Of a DNA stretch of 64,000 nt, positions 18,703 through 27,596 are shown piece by piece. The DNA is from a virus. The position numbers and the translations under genes were made by a program. Location of the stretch: positions 28,428 through 92,427 of IMG/VR virus record IMGVR_UViG_3300038429_000225; one strand, given 5' to 3'. Under the pieces are notes generated by a model, which worked only from the letters and a program-made list of their open reading frames with translations, had not been told where the DNA came from and ran no database searches. Numbering within the stretch: the first letter of the stretch is position 1; each line of letters starts with the position of its first letter.

Positions 18703-19427
18703 GCGACAACCCTTTTCTTTTCAGTGATGGCTCCCGAGCGGAGCGGCCTCAGTTGTGCCGAAGGTCCTTCGGACAGAAGCCCCTTCGGGGCGCCGAAACC
18801 CTACGTTCGTAATTCGCGATTCGCGAATAGCGAATGTCACCGCACTTCCCTCCGCGCTGCCCTCCGCGTCCGATCTAAATCATTGATAATAAAGGACAGC
18901 GTGTCGCTACTGTGCCCTCATGATCCAAAACCGCTAACAAGGATCCAAGGACACTAAGATTCGCTGGTCTATAGACCACAGAACTCGCTGACACGCCATA
19001 TACCCGCTGGAGGCTCCGGTATATAGGATGGATGGCGATCGCGCGCCTGCGAGGCTGCCCGGGCGCTGGGAGCCCCGACTACATAATGTGTCACAAAACC
19101 CCCCGATTCGAGGGGTTTCGTGCATCATCGAAGGAGCGTGTTTCAACATACGCTGAAACTACCACAATTGGTGAACAGGCGGTGCACCCGCGGAGCACCC
19201 GCGGAGCGCCCTTACGGGGGTGCGACAGAGGCGCGACAGAGGCGCGCGGCGGGCGCGATGGACGGGCAGGAAGGGCGCTGGGAGCCCCCAGTGTATAATC
19301 AGTAACGTTATAGATATCGAGTCTCGACCCATGGGTTGAAGAAAAAGCGAAAGTCGAAAAGTCAAGTAGTTGGAAGCAAAGGACTTAACCCAAAACAGAA
19401 AGTCTATTTTCGTGCAGTGGGGTCGAA

Positions 19428-19649
19428 TTCTTACCCTGTGTGTGATCGAAGAATCCCTACAATACCCGTGACTCTCTCTCTCTCTCTCTCTCTCTCACAC
19501 CTAGGGTAAAAATGGAGTATATAATAAGTGTCTTTATTTTCAACAACTTCAATACGGAGTTCTTACCCGCGCAAGAAAGGGGTAAATATCCAAATAGGAT
19601 ACTAATGAATATTTACCACACATTCCCCCACATCTTTCTGGGGTAAGAA
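19428..19649. repeat. Iteron-like TTCTTACCC/GGGTAA repeats flanking a (CT)12 tract
   Basis: TTCTTACCC at 19428 and 19560, inverted copy at 19641, variants at 19504, 19579 and 19611; CT tract at 19472-19496. Confidence 0.7.
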
Positions 19650-19654
19650 GTCCG

Positions 19655-20008
19655 TCACCCAATCCAGGTGTAAAGTAGTCCTTTTCGACCTCTTCCTTTG
19701 TGAAACAAGTTCGGTTCTTCGGTTACCCTACCGGATTCGACCAGGCGCCGGAGTGGGGCGGCATTCTCTGTTCCGCGGAAGGATCGATTGATCTCCCACA
19801 ATTGAACGGATCCTTTCGATCGAAGGAAGTTTGAGAGTGTCTCTTCGGTAGTCTCAAGAAGTGTTTTCAAAATAGGTTTCGGCCGGGACGCAGTGATGTG
19901 GTAGTCGCACAGGACACAGTGAAGCATGAGTCCTTCAGCACGCGCGTCAGCAATTACTTCCACGACCGAATTGTATTCATTTAGTTCTTTCATCAGTGAG
20001 TCCTCCAT
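19655..20008 (-). CDS. Small protein with a C-terminal winged-helix-like domain
   Basis: LRRLVESGRV...KGRGRKGLLY wing pattern; has its own promoter. Confidence 0.55.
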   Translation of the reverse strand: MEDSLMKELNEYNSVVEVIADARAEGLMLHCVLCDYHITASRPKPILKTLLETTEETLSNFLRSKGSVQLWEINRSFRGTENAAPLRRLVESGRVTEEPNLFHKGRGRKGLLYTWIG

Positions 20009-20021
20009 TGAACTCGAGAGT

Positions 20022-20050
20022 AGATTATCACCGAATTGGATTCATGTCAA
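20022..20050 (-). promoter_or_regulatory. Sigma70 promoter
   Basis: TTGACA-17-TAATCT. Confidence 0.65.
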
Positions 20051-20593
20051 GAACTATTTTGAGGGGGCCCCCAGCTCCCTACCCGGGCTCTCCCGCGGCG
20101 CCCCGCGCGGCCGGCGATGGCGAGATTGATGGCGAGATGGCGGCGAGATCAGGTTTGATCTAAATCATCTCGGAATACGACAAAGGAGATCTACTTGTCA
20201 ATTCATAGTATTACAATCAGATCCGTGGATTCATAGATTGACATATTCCCATATCAGGACATTTATGTACAAGACAGACATCTATGTCCAGATCGTGACA
20301 AGCTGGAGTTGTAAGGTGGCGACAGTTGGGGCTCCTGACCACCCTAAGGGACATAAAGTGCCCCCTGGGGGGCTAGGGTCCCCTAAGTGCCTAAATATGG
20401 TCATATTATTTATGAAGTACGCATTAATACTATTTTGTAGTAATTTTGTCGGGTGACCGGGTAGTCGCGGCACAAACCCGGAGGCCCTGGCCCCCAGGGT
20501 GACTAGGGTCCCCTATCGACTCTAACTATAATATAATCAATAAGATAGACGCGAGAAGATCACGCGCTATAATTATAATTGGATATTAACATA

Positions 20594-20615
20594 AAATGTG
20601 ACGCACGTCACAATT
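20594..20615. promoter_or_regulatory. CRP/FNR-family consensus site
   Basis: AAATGTGA-CGCACG-TCACAATT (TGTGA-N6-TCACA). Confidence 0.55.
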
Positions 20616-21164
20616 TGTGCGAAAAAACTGTATATAATGATAGAAAAATTCGTTGCAAGTTGTTGAAAATAAAATACTTGTGAGCGAATTTTCAAAAGTG
20701 TAGTAAAAAGTACACAAAACACAGAAAATGCGTCAGACAACATTCTATCCCATATACCTATGAACATATGATACTATGTTTGCGTGTCCTGTCCTGTCAC
20801 TGCGGGCACCCAGCACGCTCAGAACACGCCACCACAAGACATTTCACACAAAACGACTCGCACACAGCCGTCAGGACGCACGATCTCCACTGGGCTGGAC
20901 TCACAGATCAAGGCCGTTCTATGAAGAATTAACAACTTACAGATCTGCTGCGATTGGGTATTCAACTACCCATTTGGGATATCAGCAACTAACAGACCGG
21001 CCGCAATTACATACCCCGTGTAAATTCTACACTCAAATAGAATTCAGTCAACTTGTCAACAATCAAGCGATTAGAAAACGTGGTATGTAGAATGTTCTTG
21101 GCAGTTTAGAGAAGTGTGTAGAATTTTCCTGTTACCGCGACAGGTCCACACACAAACAAAGGAC

Positions 21165-21194
21165 TTGACTTTGGCACAGCGATTGCACTATGCT
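21165..21194 (+). promoter_or_regulatory. Sigma70 promoter at the start of the early region
   Basis: TTGACT-18-TATGCT with an A-rich upstream tract. Confidence 0.55.
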
Positions 21195-21477
21195 TGAGCG
21201 TCTGGCAACAGACAAAGTAAGTCAGTCGGGTGGAATCGGGGAATCGAAACAAAGCACACGCCACACTGACAAGCCTAAGACGCCGAGACAAAGCTAGCAG
21301 GACTAGCCCAGTCTAACCGAAGCGAACGGCGCATTCAACACCCAAAGGAACGGCACACTGGATGTCAGATAACCAGTCACTTTTGGGTAGGCGGAATTGA
21401 GAGCCCCAAACAAAGTTAACAACACCGTCCAGCTTCTTAATAGTGGCTGGACGCCGATGTTCACTTTCGGAGACATT

Positions 21478-21873
21478 ATGACGAGCACAAATTGGATTCA
21501 GCAACACCGCAAGATAGACGCGGAGTTCGATGAACAGATGAAACAGTTTCCGTCAACCATTCTTTTCTACACTCCCGAAGGACAAGAGACATTTAAGGCT
21601 ATTCAGCGAATGCAAGGTAAGCGCGAAGTAGCCCACTACATGCTGAACAAAGAGTATGAAGCCCAATTAGCGGCCGTTCCTCTTACCAAACAGGAACAGC
21701 AAGCCAAAGGCTTTCAGGAAGCCTACCCTGAATTTTGTGCTACAGCTATTGAAACTAGCACCTTCCTCTCGCAGCATTGGTTTACGATATTGATTGTTGT
21801 AGCAGTTGTGGGTCTTTGTTTTGGCTGGTTTGGTTATGATTACTCACACGTAGGCGGAGCAGACACCCCGTAG
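21478..21873 (+). CDS. Early membrane protein
   Basis: RBS GGAG; C-terminal TM helix. Confidence 0.6.
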   Translation: MTSTNWIQQHRKIDAEFDEQMKQFPSTILFYTPEGQETFKAIQRMQGKREVAHYMLNKEYEAQLAAVPLTKQEQQAKGFQEAYPEFCATAIETSTFLSQHWFTILIVVAVVGLCFGWFGYDYSHVGGADTP

Positions 21874-22116
21874 TAAACAAGAAAGGATACCTAATGTCAC
21901 CCTCAAATCAAGCTATCCGCGCATCCTATCTCAAACTGGTCTTCACAATCAACCCTATGTGGCGTAGGTTCCTGTTGGACGTGTTCCTAAACGCGCACAT
22001 CCAAGCTTTTTGAGAGAGAGAGCACGTAACGCCCGCGACCTTGAGAGCGTGGGCGTTGCTGTTCCTTCTCCACAAAGAGGGGGCACCCAGCTCCACAGGG
22101 AAATTAGGAGAACACC

Positions 22117-22590
22117 ATGTCGATCAAGGATGCATTGTGGTTCACCATGCACGCAGATGCCAGCAGCGCTTCCGTCCGCAACGAAGCGCTAGAAAGCCTA
22201 CGACGTGCATTCGAAGAGCAGGACGATTCCATCTATGTCCGCGAAGACTTGCGGCATAATCCAGAGTTTGTTCAGGAAAAAGACAATGTCAAGGCATTGG
22301 TTGCCCGTATCGCCGAAGAGTACGCCCACTCCGCGCCACCTACGGCCGTTAAAGAAATCAAGCTGCCTGCACCGGCACCGCAGCCAACATACAACGGGGC
22401 AACCAAGGCGAAAGAATCCTACAAAGACAAAGTCATATGCGGAACATTTTTCCCTATTTTACTTTTTGGCGGTGGGTGGCTTTGCACCGTATTGGCTTCA
22501 GTAGTTGGCCCTTGGCCAGCAATCTTTATCACGGGGGTGGCCTTTTGGCTCTGGTCACAATCTTTGTCACGGGGGTGGCCCTTTGGCTAG
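22117..22590 (+). CDS. Early membrane protein
   Basis: RBS AGGAG; two C-terminal TM helices; 3' end altered by a tandem duplication. Confidence 0.6.
   Translation: MSIKDALWFTMHADASSASVRNEALESLRRAFEEQDDSIYVREDLRHNPEFVQEKDNVKALVARIAEEYAHSAPPTAVKEIKLPAPAPQPTYNGATKAKESYKDKVICGTFFPILLFGGGWLCTVLASVVGPWPAIFITGVAFWLWSQSLSRGWPFG
22520..22588 (+). repeat. 31-bp direct repeat, period 38
   Basis: CAATCTTT(a/g)TCACGGGGGTGGCC(t/c)TTTGGCT at 22520 and 22558. Confidence 0.85.
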
Positions 22591-23291
22591 GGATAATGCC
22601 CAAAGATCTTTGGAGAACACCATGTATACGTGGCTGCTGTTGTGCATGGGCTTCCGCTTGCTGTTTGTCCGTGGCGCTGGCCTTGCTGTCCTGCGCATTC
22701 TTGCGTGGCCTCCATCGCGCGCAAGATTTGATCGAATCGTCAACGGAGGCAACGCATGATTACGCTTGTGTTCTTTGCTGTGACACTGTGGCCGCAGCCT
22801 ACCTTCACGGTATTCCCAGGCTATGAACCACTTCCAAACCCTAAGCCGGCGGATTGCATCATCATTCCGTTGGACAATCCGCAACCAAAAGATATTTCTA
22901 TTGTCCACGACCCAGTTCTGACAGCGTAGGAGTACATCATGATCCCATTGTGGTGGCTGTTCTGTGACTTTTGTCAAAAGGAAACGCAACACGAACACGA
23001 ATATTCTTGCTGGTGGCGTTGTCTTCTTTGTTGCCACACACGCAAGGCGTGGAGGTCGCTGTGATATATGCTCTTGGAGTCTTTGCAGGTCTGGTGATTG
23101 GCTGGAGTCTGTGTCTGTGCCGAATCGCAGCCAAGTTTGAGCCTAAACCGCGGCCACGGAGTTAGTGCGGGTCTCCCAGAGACGAAACCCCTTTCCCTAC
23201 TACATCACAGAGCACAGAGCACAGAGCGCCACATGCGCCACATCCTGAGAGAGTGTGGCGCGCGAGTCACTCTGTAGAGACTTAGAAAGCA

Positions 23292-23945
23292 ATGAGGCTA
23301 ACGATAATGACACTCATACTTAGAAAGTATATTCCGAAAGTAGGAGCAAAAGTCAAATTGCGCGAGTGGCAGGATTACACTTCGCGCAACTTGCACGTGT
23401 GGGCGTGGTTTGAAGTCTTGCGCGTCAATTCAGACGGAACTGCGGTACTCCAGCATGATAACGCGGGGGAAAAACTTGAGATAGTCACTCTCCCTTGCGA
23501 GACAATCGCGGCGCCGATAGGGTGGGAACCCAGATATACAATCTATTGCAAACCAGAGCAAGCCGAAACGATAGTGAGTAACTGGTTCACTCGCGGTATC
23601 GTGGTCCGACAGTCTCACGATATGGGCAGTCACATGCCGCAAGTATTCCAACCTGCCGATAACGCTGGGCAACCCAGTTGGCAGTTTCCAGAGGTAACAG
23701 ATTCAATTCCCGCATCCGAGTGTGCACGTTTGTTTCGCGTGGTCTCGGTGGTCACTCAAGAGATTAATCACTATTCAGACCCAACCTTGCCAGACTTGCG
23801 CGCAATGGGCAGGACTAAACGCGGGAAGGCAATCAAGGCCATGCGCGCCGATGGGTGGAGTGTGCGGTATGTTCCCTATGCGGGCGGATTTTGGGAACGG
23901 CAGAGAGAGACCGTAGTGCATGAATGGGAAGAGGTAAAACAGTGA
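23292..23945 (+). CDS. Hypothetical early protein
   Basis: 217-aa ORF; its TGA stop is part of the IS target motif TGAA. Confidence 0.65.
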   Translation: MRLTIMTLILRKYIPKVGAKVKLREWQDYTSRNLHVWAWFEVLRVNSDGTAVLQHDNAGEKLEIVTLPCETIAAPIGWEPRYTIYCKPEQAETIVSNWFTRGIVVRQSHDMGSHMPQVFQPADNAGQPSWQFPEVTDSIPASECARLFRVVSVVTQEINHYSDPTLPDLRAMGRTKRGKAIKAMRADGWSVRYVPYAGGFWERQRETVVHEWEEVKQ

Positions 23946-23946
23946 A

Positions 23947-25089
23947 CCCGCTAGCGAGCACAATCCCAGACTTTAGTCTGGGTAAGCGAGCGATATTATG
24001 ATCCAAGCTCAACTCAAACTTCGACTCAACAAAAAGCAGGAAGCCTTGCTTGTGGGGTGGCTGTGCAACTTGACAGGCGTGTGGAATTGGGCTGTGCGCA
24101 AAATCGAACTCAATGCCAAGGACAAGATATACTTCAGTGCAAAAGATTTTCAGAATTTACTTGCAAACCATGGCGAAAAACTGGAGATACCTTCGCACAC
24201 GTTGCAAGGCATTCTTTCACAGGCGCATCTGGCGTGGACACGTTGTTTCAAGAAGATTGCCAAGCGTCCGCATCTCAAAGGGCAAAGAAACAAGCTCAAT
24301 AGCATCCCGTTTCCAGACCCCATCAAACCGCCGAAGGATAACTACATCGGCTTGCCGGGGCTTGGGAAGGTTCGTTTCCACAAACAAGAGTTGCCGGAAG
24401 GGAAAATCAAGTGTGGTCGTATCGTTAGGCGTGCCAGCGGTTGGTATCTGTGCTTGTTCATCGCAACTGACCGCGAACCTATCAAACGTGTTGGATACGG
24501 AAAGATTGGTATCGACCCCGGATTCAAGGCGTTGCTCACGATGTCGGACGGGGAAGTCGTAGACCATCCTCGGGAACTCGAAGCCATCGAACATCGGTTG
24601 GCTCAAGCGCAACGAGGGCACGACAAAGTGTTAGCGGCTCGTCTCCAAGAGAAGAGAGCGAACCAAGTCAAAGACCGCAATCACAAACTTTCGTTGCGTC
24701 TTGTTCAAGAGAACGTAGTGATTCGTTTTAGTGCAGACAACCATAGGGGTGTGGCACACAAGTTTGGGAAGTCAGTTTCATCGTCTTCCCATTATCAGTT
24801 GCGTCAGATGCTTTCGTACAAGAGCCGTGCAGGCGGTACGGAATACGACGAACCTGATTCCAAGTTTTCCACCATGACCTGTTCTGTATGTGGGAGCCGT
24901 TCTGGTCCCGCAGGATGGGGCGGGCTTGCGGTAAGGCAATGGCGTTGCTCAGAGTGTGGAACTCTGCATGACCGCGACGTAAACGCGGCTCGTAACACGC
25001 TGTTTGTCGGGGCAGGATATGCCCACGAGGTGCAACATGCCAACGCATGATGCAGTCAGGAATCCCAGAGCTTGCTCTGGGAGTATCAA
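23947..25089 (+). mobile_element. Non-autonomous IS200/IS605-family (tnpB-only) element
   Basis: Left end TGAA|...CAAT + hairpin CCCAGAC-TTTA-GTCTGGG; right end GAAT + hairpin CCCAGAG-CTTG-CTCTGGG...TCAA. This matches IS608-type guide/cleavage pairing. No tnpA. Confidence 0.85.
23998..25050 (+). CDS. tnpB: TnpB RNA-guided nuclease-family protein (RuvC-II Glu not evident)
   Basis: RuvC-I GIDPG, Zn finger TCSVC...WRCSEC, RuvC-III HDRDVNAARN. Confidence 0.92.
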   Translation: MIQAQLKLRLNKKQEALLVGWLCNLTGVWNWAVRKIELNAKDKIYFSAKDFQNLLANHGEKLEIPSHTLQGILSQAHLAWTRCFKKIAKRPHLKGQRNKLNSIPFPDPIKPPKDNYIGLPGLGKVRFHKQELPEGKIKCGRIVRRASGWYLCLFIATDREPIKRVGYGKIGIDPGFKALLTMSDGEVVDHPRELEAIEHRLAQAQRGHDKVLAARLQEKRANQVKDRNHKLSLRLVQENVVIRFSADNHRGVAHKFGKSVSSSSHYQLRQMLSYKSRAGGTEYDEPDSKFSTMTCSVCGSRSGPAGWGGLAVRQWRCSECGTLHDRDVNAARNTLFVGAGYAHEVQHANA

Positions 25090-25305
25090 TATAACCGGCG
25101 CATGCAAGAGCGCTGGGAGCGCGAGCAGGAACGGCTGCACAAGAAAGAAGCACGCATCGTCGAACGCGTGGAGAAACTCTGCGAAACCATAGGCTGCAAA
25201 CCCATTTTCCAAGGCGACCCAAGGGGAAACACTCTCAAAATCCAAGTCCCAGACGGTTATACAAACGACTGGGGCAAAAAAGGGTTGTGCGTCCCAACAT
25301 CCTAA
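25090..25305 (+). pseudogene. 3' fragment of a divergent allele of the gene at 25452-25868
   Basis: 25142-25256 is identical to 25705-25819 (115 bp); the upstream 52 bp differ but stay in frame. Confidence 0.8.
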
Positions 25306-25387
25306 GTAAGTGTTTCGCTAGTGCTCACTCTGGTGGGCACAGTGGGGAACACCCCAGAAAGCAGGAAAGACGCCACGCAAAACAAGA

Positions 25388-25435
25388 AACGCATGATGCA
25401 GTCAGGAATCCCAGAGCTTGCTCTGGGAGTATCAA
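25388..25435 (+). repeat. Second exact copy (48 bp) of the IS right end / omegaRNA 3' scaffold
   Basis: AACGCATGATGCAGTCAGGAATCCCAGAGCTTGCTCTGGGAGTATCAA is identical to 25042-25089. Confidence 0.92.
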
Positions 25436-25451
25436 AATAAACGGAGGAAAT

Positions 25452-25868
25452 ATGCAACGATGCACGCAAAAAGCACGGTACGAATTCATTAGCCTACTTA
25501 AGAAACACACCGCAGTCACCCCGGCGAATTTTACCGCCAATACCCCGAAACTGGTGCCACTGGTGCCAGAGGAAACGGTCGAGTGGGTTGCATTGCGCCT
25601 ACTGCACTACGGCGCAACACTCGGACGCATCGCGGAGAATCAGTGTAACGGTTACCAGACTTGGGATTATAAGTGGGATGAGAAGGCCGCGAAGAAAGAC
25701 GAAGAGAAAGAAGCACGCATCGTCGAACGCGTGGAGAAACTCTGCGAAACCATAGGCTGCAAACCCATTTTCCAAGGCGACCCAAGGGGAAACACTCTCA
25801 AAATCCAAGTCCCAGACGGCTATACGAATGACTGGGGCAACGAAGGGTTGTGCGTCCCAACATCCTAA
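25452..25868 (+). CDS. Hypothetical early protein (gene X)
   Basis: RBS GGAGG; motifs CNG and FQGDPRG. Confidence 0.7.
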   Translation: MQRCTQKARYEFISLLKKHTAVTPANFTANTPKLVPLVPEETVEWVALRLLHYGATLGRIAENQCNGYQTWDYKWDEKAAKKDEEKEARIVERVEKLCETIGCKPIFQGDPRGNTLKIQVPDGYTNDWGNEGLCVPTS

Positions 25869-25941
25869 ACAAGTGTTTCGCTAGTGCCCACGTTCGGGCA
25901 GTCAAGCAGGAACAAACAGAAGAACTTAAGGAGGCAACAGC

Positions 25942-26229
25942 ATGAATGCAACACTCAGATGTGGGAAATGTGGCACAGATACCATTGTGACCAATTGCAA
26001 CATAGCGCGCATTGCTGTCAAGTGTCCGTGTTCGAACTGTGGTTTTCCAAACACGCTAGTCCAGATGTTGGAAAACTATTATGGCACTACACTAGGCAAC
26101 GCGGTGCGCCGCGAGATGAAGCCATTGGAGAGGGCAAAGTCTAACGATGCGGTCACATCCCTGATCGCCCGGTTAGAGGCCACTGTTCAAGGCTTGATTG
26201 ATGCCAGCGTACAGCTTGCGCAAATGTGA
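25942..26229 (+). CDS. Zn-ribbon protein
   Basis: CGKC...CSNC; RBS AAGGAGG. Confidence 0.65.
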   Translation: MNATLRCGKCGTDTIVTNCNIARIAVKCPCSNCGFPNTLVQMLENYYGTTLGNAVRREMKPLERAKSNDAVTSLIARLEATVQGLIDASVQLAQM

Positions 26230-26290
26230 GTGTGCGCGTAGACCCTGCTCTGGTAGGGTCTGCGGGATACACTCCCAGGAAGGTAAATCT

Positions 26291-26959
26291 ATGAAAGAAG
26301 CACCGAAAGGTTGGCATAATCATTCAAATGGTGGCGGGTTGGTTCAAGATACCGCTGAAGTTAAAACGACGGTCTTTATCGAAGAAAATGCGCAGGTGTA
26401 TGGCAACGCGCGGGTGTACGGCAACGCGCGGGTGTCCGGCAACGCGCGGGTGTACGGCGACGCGCAGATGTCCGGCAACGCGCGGATGTTCGGCAACGCG
26501 CGGGTGTACGGCAACGCGCGGGTGTCCGACGACGCGCAGATGTCCGGCAACGCGCGGATGTTCGGCAACGCGCGGGTGTACGGCAACGCGCGGGTGTCCG
26601 GCGACGCGCGGATGTTCGGCAACGCGTGGGTGTACGGCAACGCGCGGGTGTACGGCAACGCGTGGGTGTACGGCAACGCGCGGGTGTACGGCAACGCGCG
26701 GGTGTCCGGCAACGCGCGGGTGTCCGGCAAAGCGCGGGTATTCGGCGACGCGTGGGAAACTTCTCCACTCTATATCCAAGGCTCAAAACACGCTTTGACA
26801 AACTCTCGTAAAGGTTACATTCAAATTGGATGTTACGAAAAAACTTTCGAAGACTGGAAAAAGCACTACGAAGCAATCGGACGCGCCGAGGGCTACACTC
26901 CAGAACAAATTAAAGAGTACGGTCAGTTGATTGATTTATTTATCGCAATCGGAAAATAA
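26291..26959 (+). CDS. Hexapeptide-repeat (left-handed beta-helix) protein
   Basis: About 20 tandem (V/M)(Y/S/F)G(N/D)A(R/Q/W) hexapeptides; C-terminal IQIGC domain. Confidence 0.82.
   Translation: MKEAPKGWHNHSNGGGLVQDTAEVKTTVFIEENAQVYGNARVYGNARVSGNARVYGDAQMSGNARMFGNARVYGNARVSDDAQMSGNARMFGNARVYGNARVSGDARMFGNAWVYGNARVYGNAWVYGNARVYGNARVSGNARVSGKARVFGDAWETSPLYIQGSKHALTNSRKGYIQIGCYEKTFEDWKKHYEAIGRAEGYTPEQIKEYGQLIDLFIAIGK
26396..26755 (+). repeat. 18-bp coding tandem repeat
   Basis: GTGTACGGCAACGCGCGG and variants. Confidence 0.9.
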
Positions 26960-27254
26960 TCTAGGAATGAACGCATAGAGCCCACCTCTCATCCTAGTGG
27001 GCTCTGCGGGTAACATTCCTGGAGGCCATATGCGGCACAAAGATCAGAGAGGTATTCGAAAGCTTGTGCGGCACGCGAGACGGCTAGCGAAGTTCATGCG
27101 CCAGCTATACAAGACGCAGGACGCCAAAGCCGAAATCACTTGCAGAAAGGACCGAAATGCGTAATCTTGTGCGAGCAATCAAGTTTGCCTGGAAACGCTA
27201 TCGCTTAGAGCGCGACATCCGCGCCTTTGAGCGCTGGCAACGGAGCACGTCCAA

Positions 27255-27461
27255 ATGATCGACAACGAAACAGGGGAAGTCGTGCAGGACAACGGCTGCA
27301 ACATGATACCGGCGCGCCCCGGCGAGCCCGTCACAGAGATGTACATCTGCGAAGTGCCGCATCTCTTTCTCCACGTCAATCAACTTTACATCTTCCGAGT
27401 TCACCCGGAGTGTGATGAGTGTAAGGCCCTGGCCCTGCATACGCCGAAAGAGCAATCATGA
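27255..27461 (+). CDS. Small Cys/His-rich protein
   Basis: RBS GGAG; C..C motif. Confidence 0.5.
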   Translation: MIDNETGEVVQDNGCNMIPARPGEPVTEMYICEVPHLFLHVNQLYIFRVHPECDECKALALHTPKEQS

Positions 27462-27547
27462 CACACAGCGGTAGAAGCCGGCCAGGATAGCAAGAGAACT
27501 CTGCGCCTCTGGTGGGACTAATCCGCGAGTGTACGCGCCAAGGGGAC

Positions 27548-27576
27548 TTGACAAAGTCCCTTTGTCGGGCTACACT
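27548..27576 (+). promoter_or_regulatory. Sigma70 promoter
   Basis: TTGACA-17-TACACT; the -35 box sits within an inverted repeat GGGACTT-GACA-AAGTCCC. Confidence 0.75.
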
Positions 27577-27596
27577 AGCTCAAAAGGAGTGTGTAA

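Noticed and set aside
18358-19365. ORFs in the divergence zone
   Set aside because: Arg/Pro/Gly-rich translations of GC-rich repeats without RBS; more likely non-coding.
22520-22588. Mini CRISPR array
   Set aside because: Only two units, separated by 7 bp, inside a coding region, with no cas genes.
25142-25888. Diversity-generating retroelement TR/VR pair
   Set aside because: Differences are not confined to adenines (T/C and C/T changes occur) and no reverse transcriptase is in the window.
26324-26876. Alternative-frame ORFs and CRISPR-like periodicity in the 18-bp repeat
   Set aside because: Contiguous coding repeats with no spacers; the other frames are open only because the unit lacks stops.
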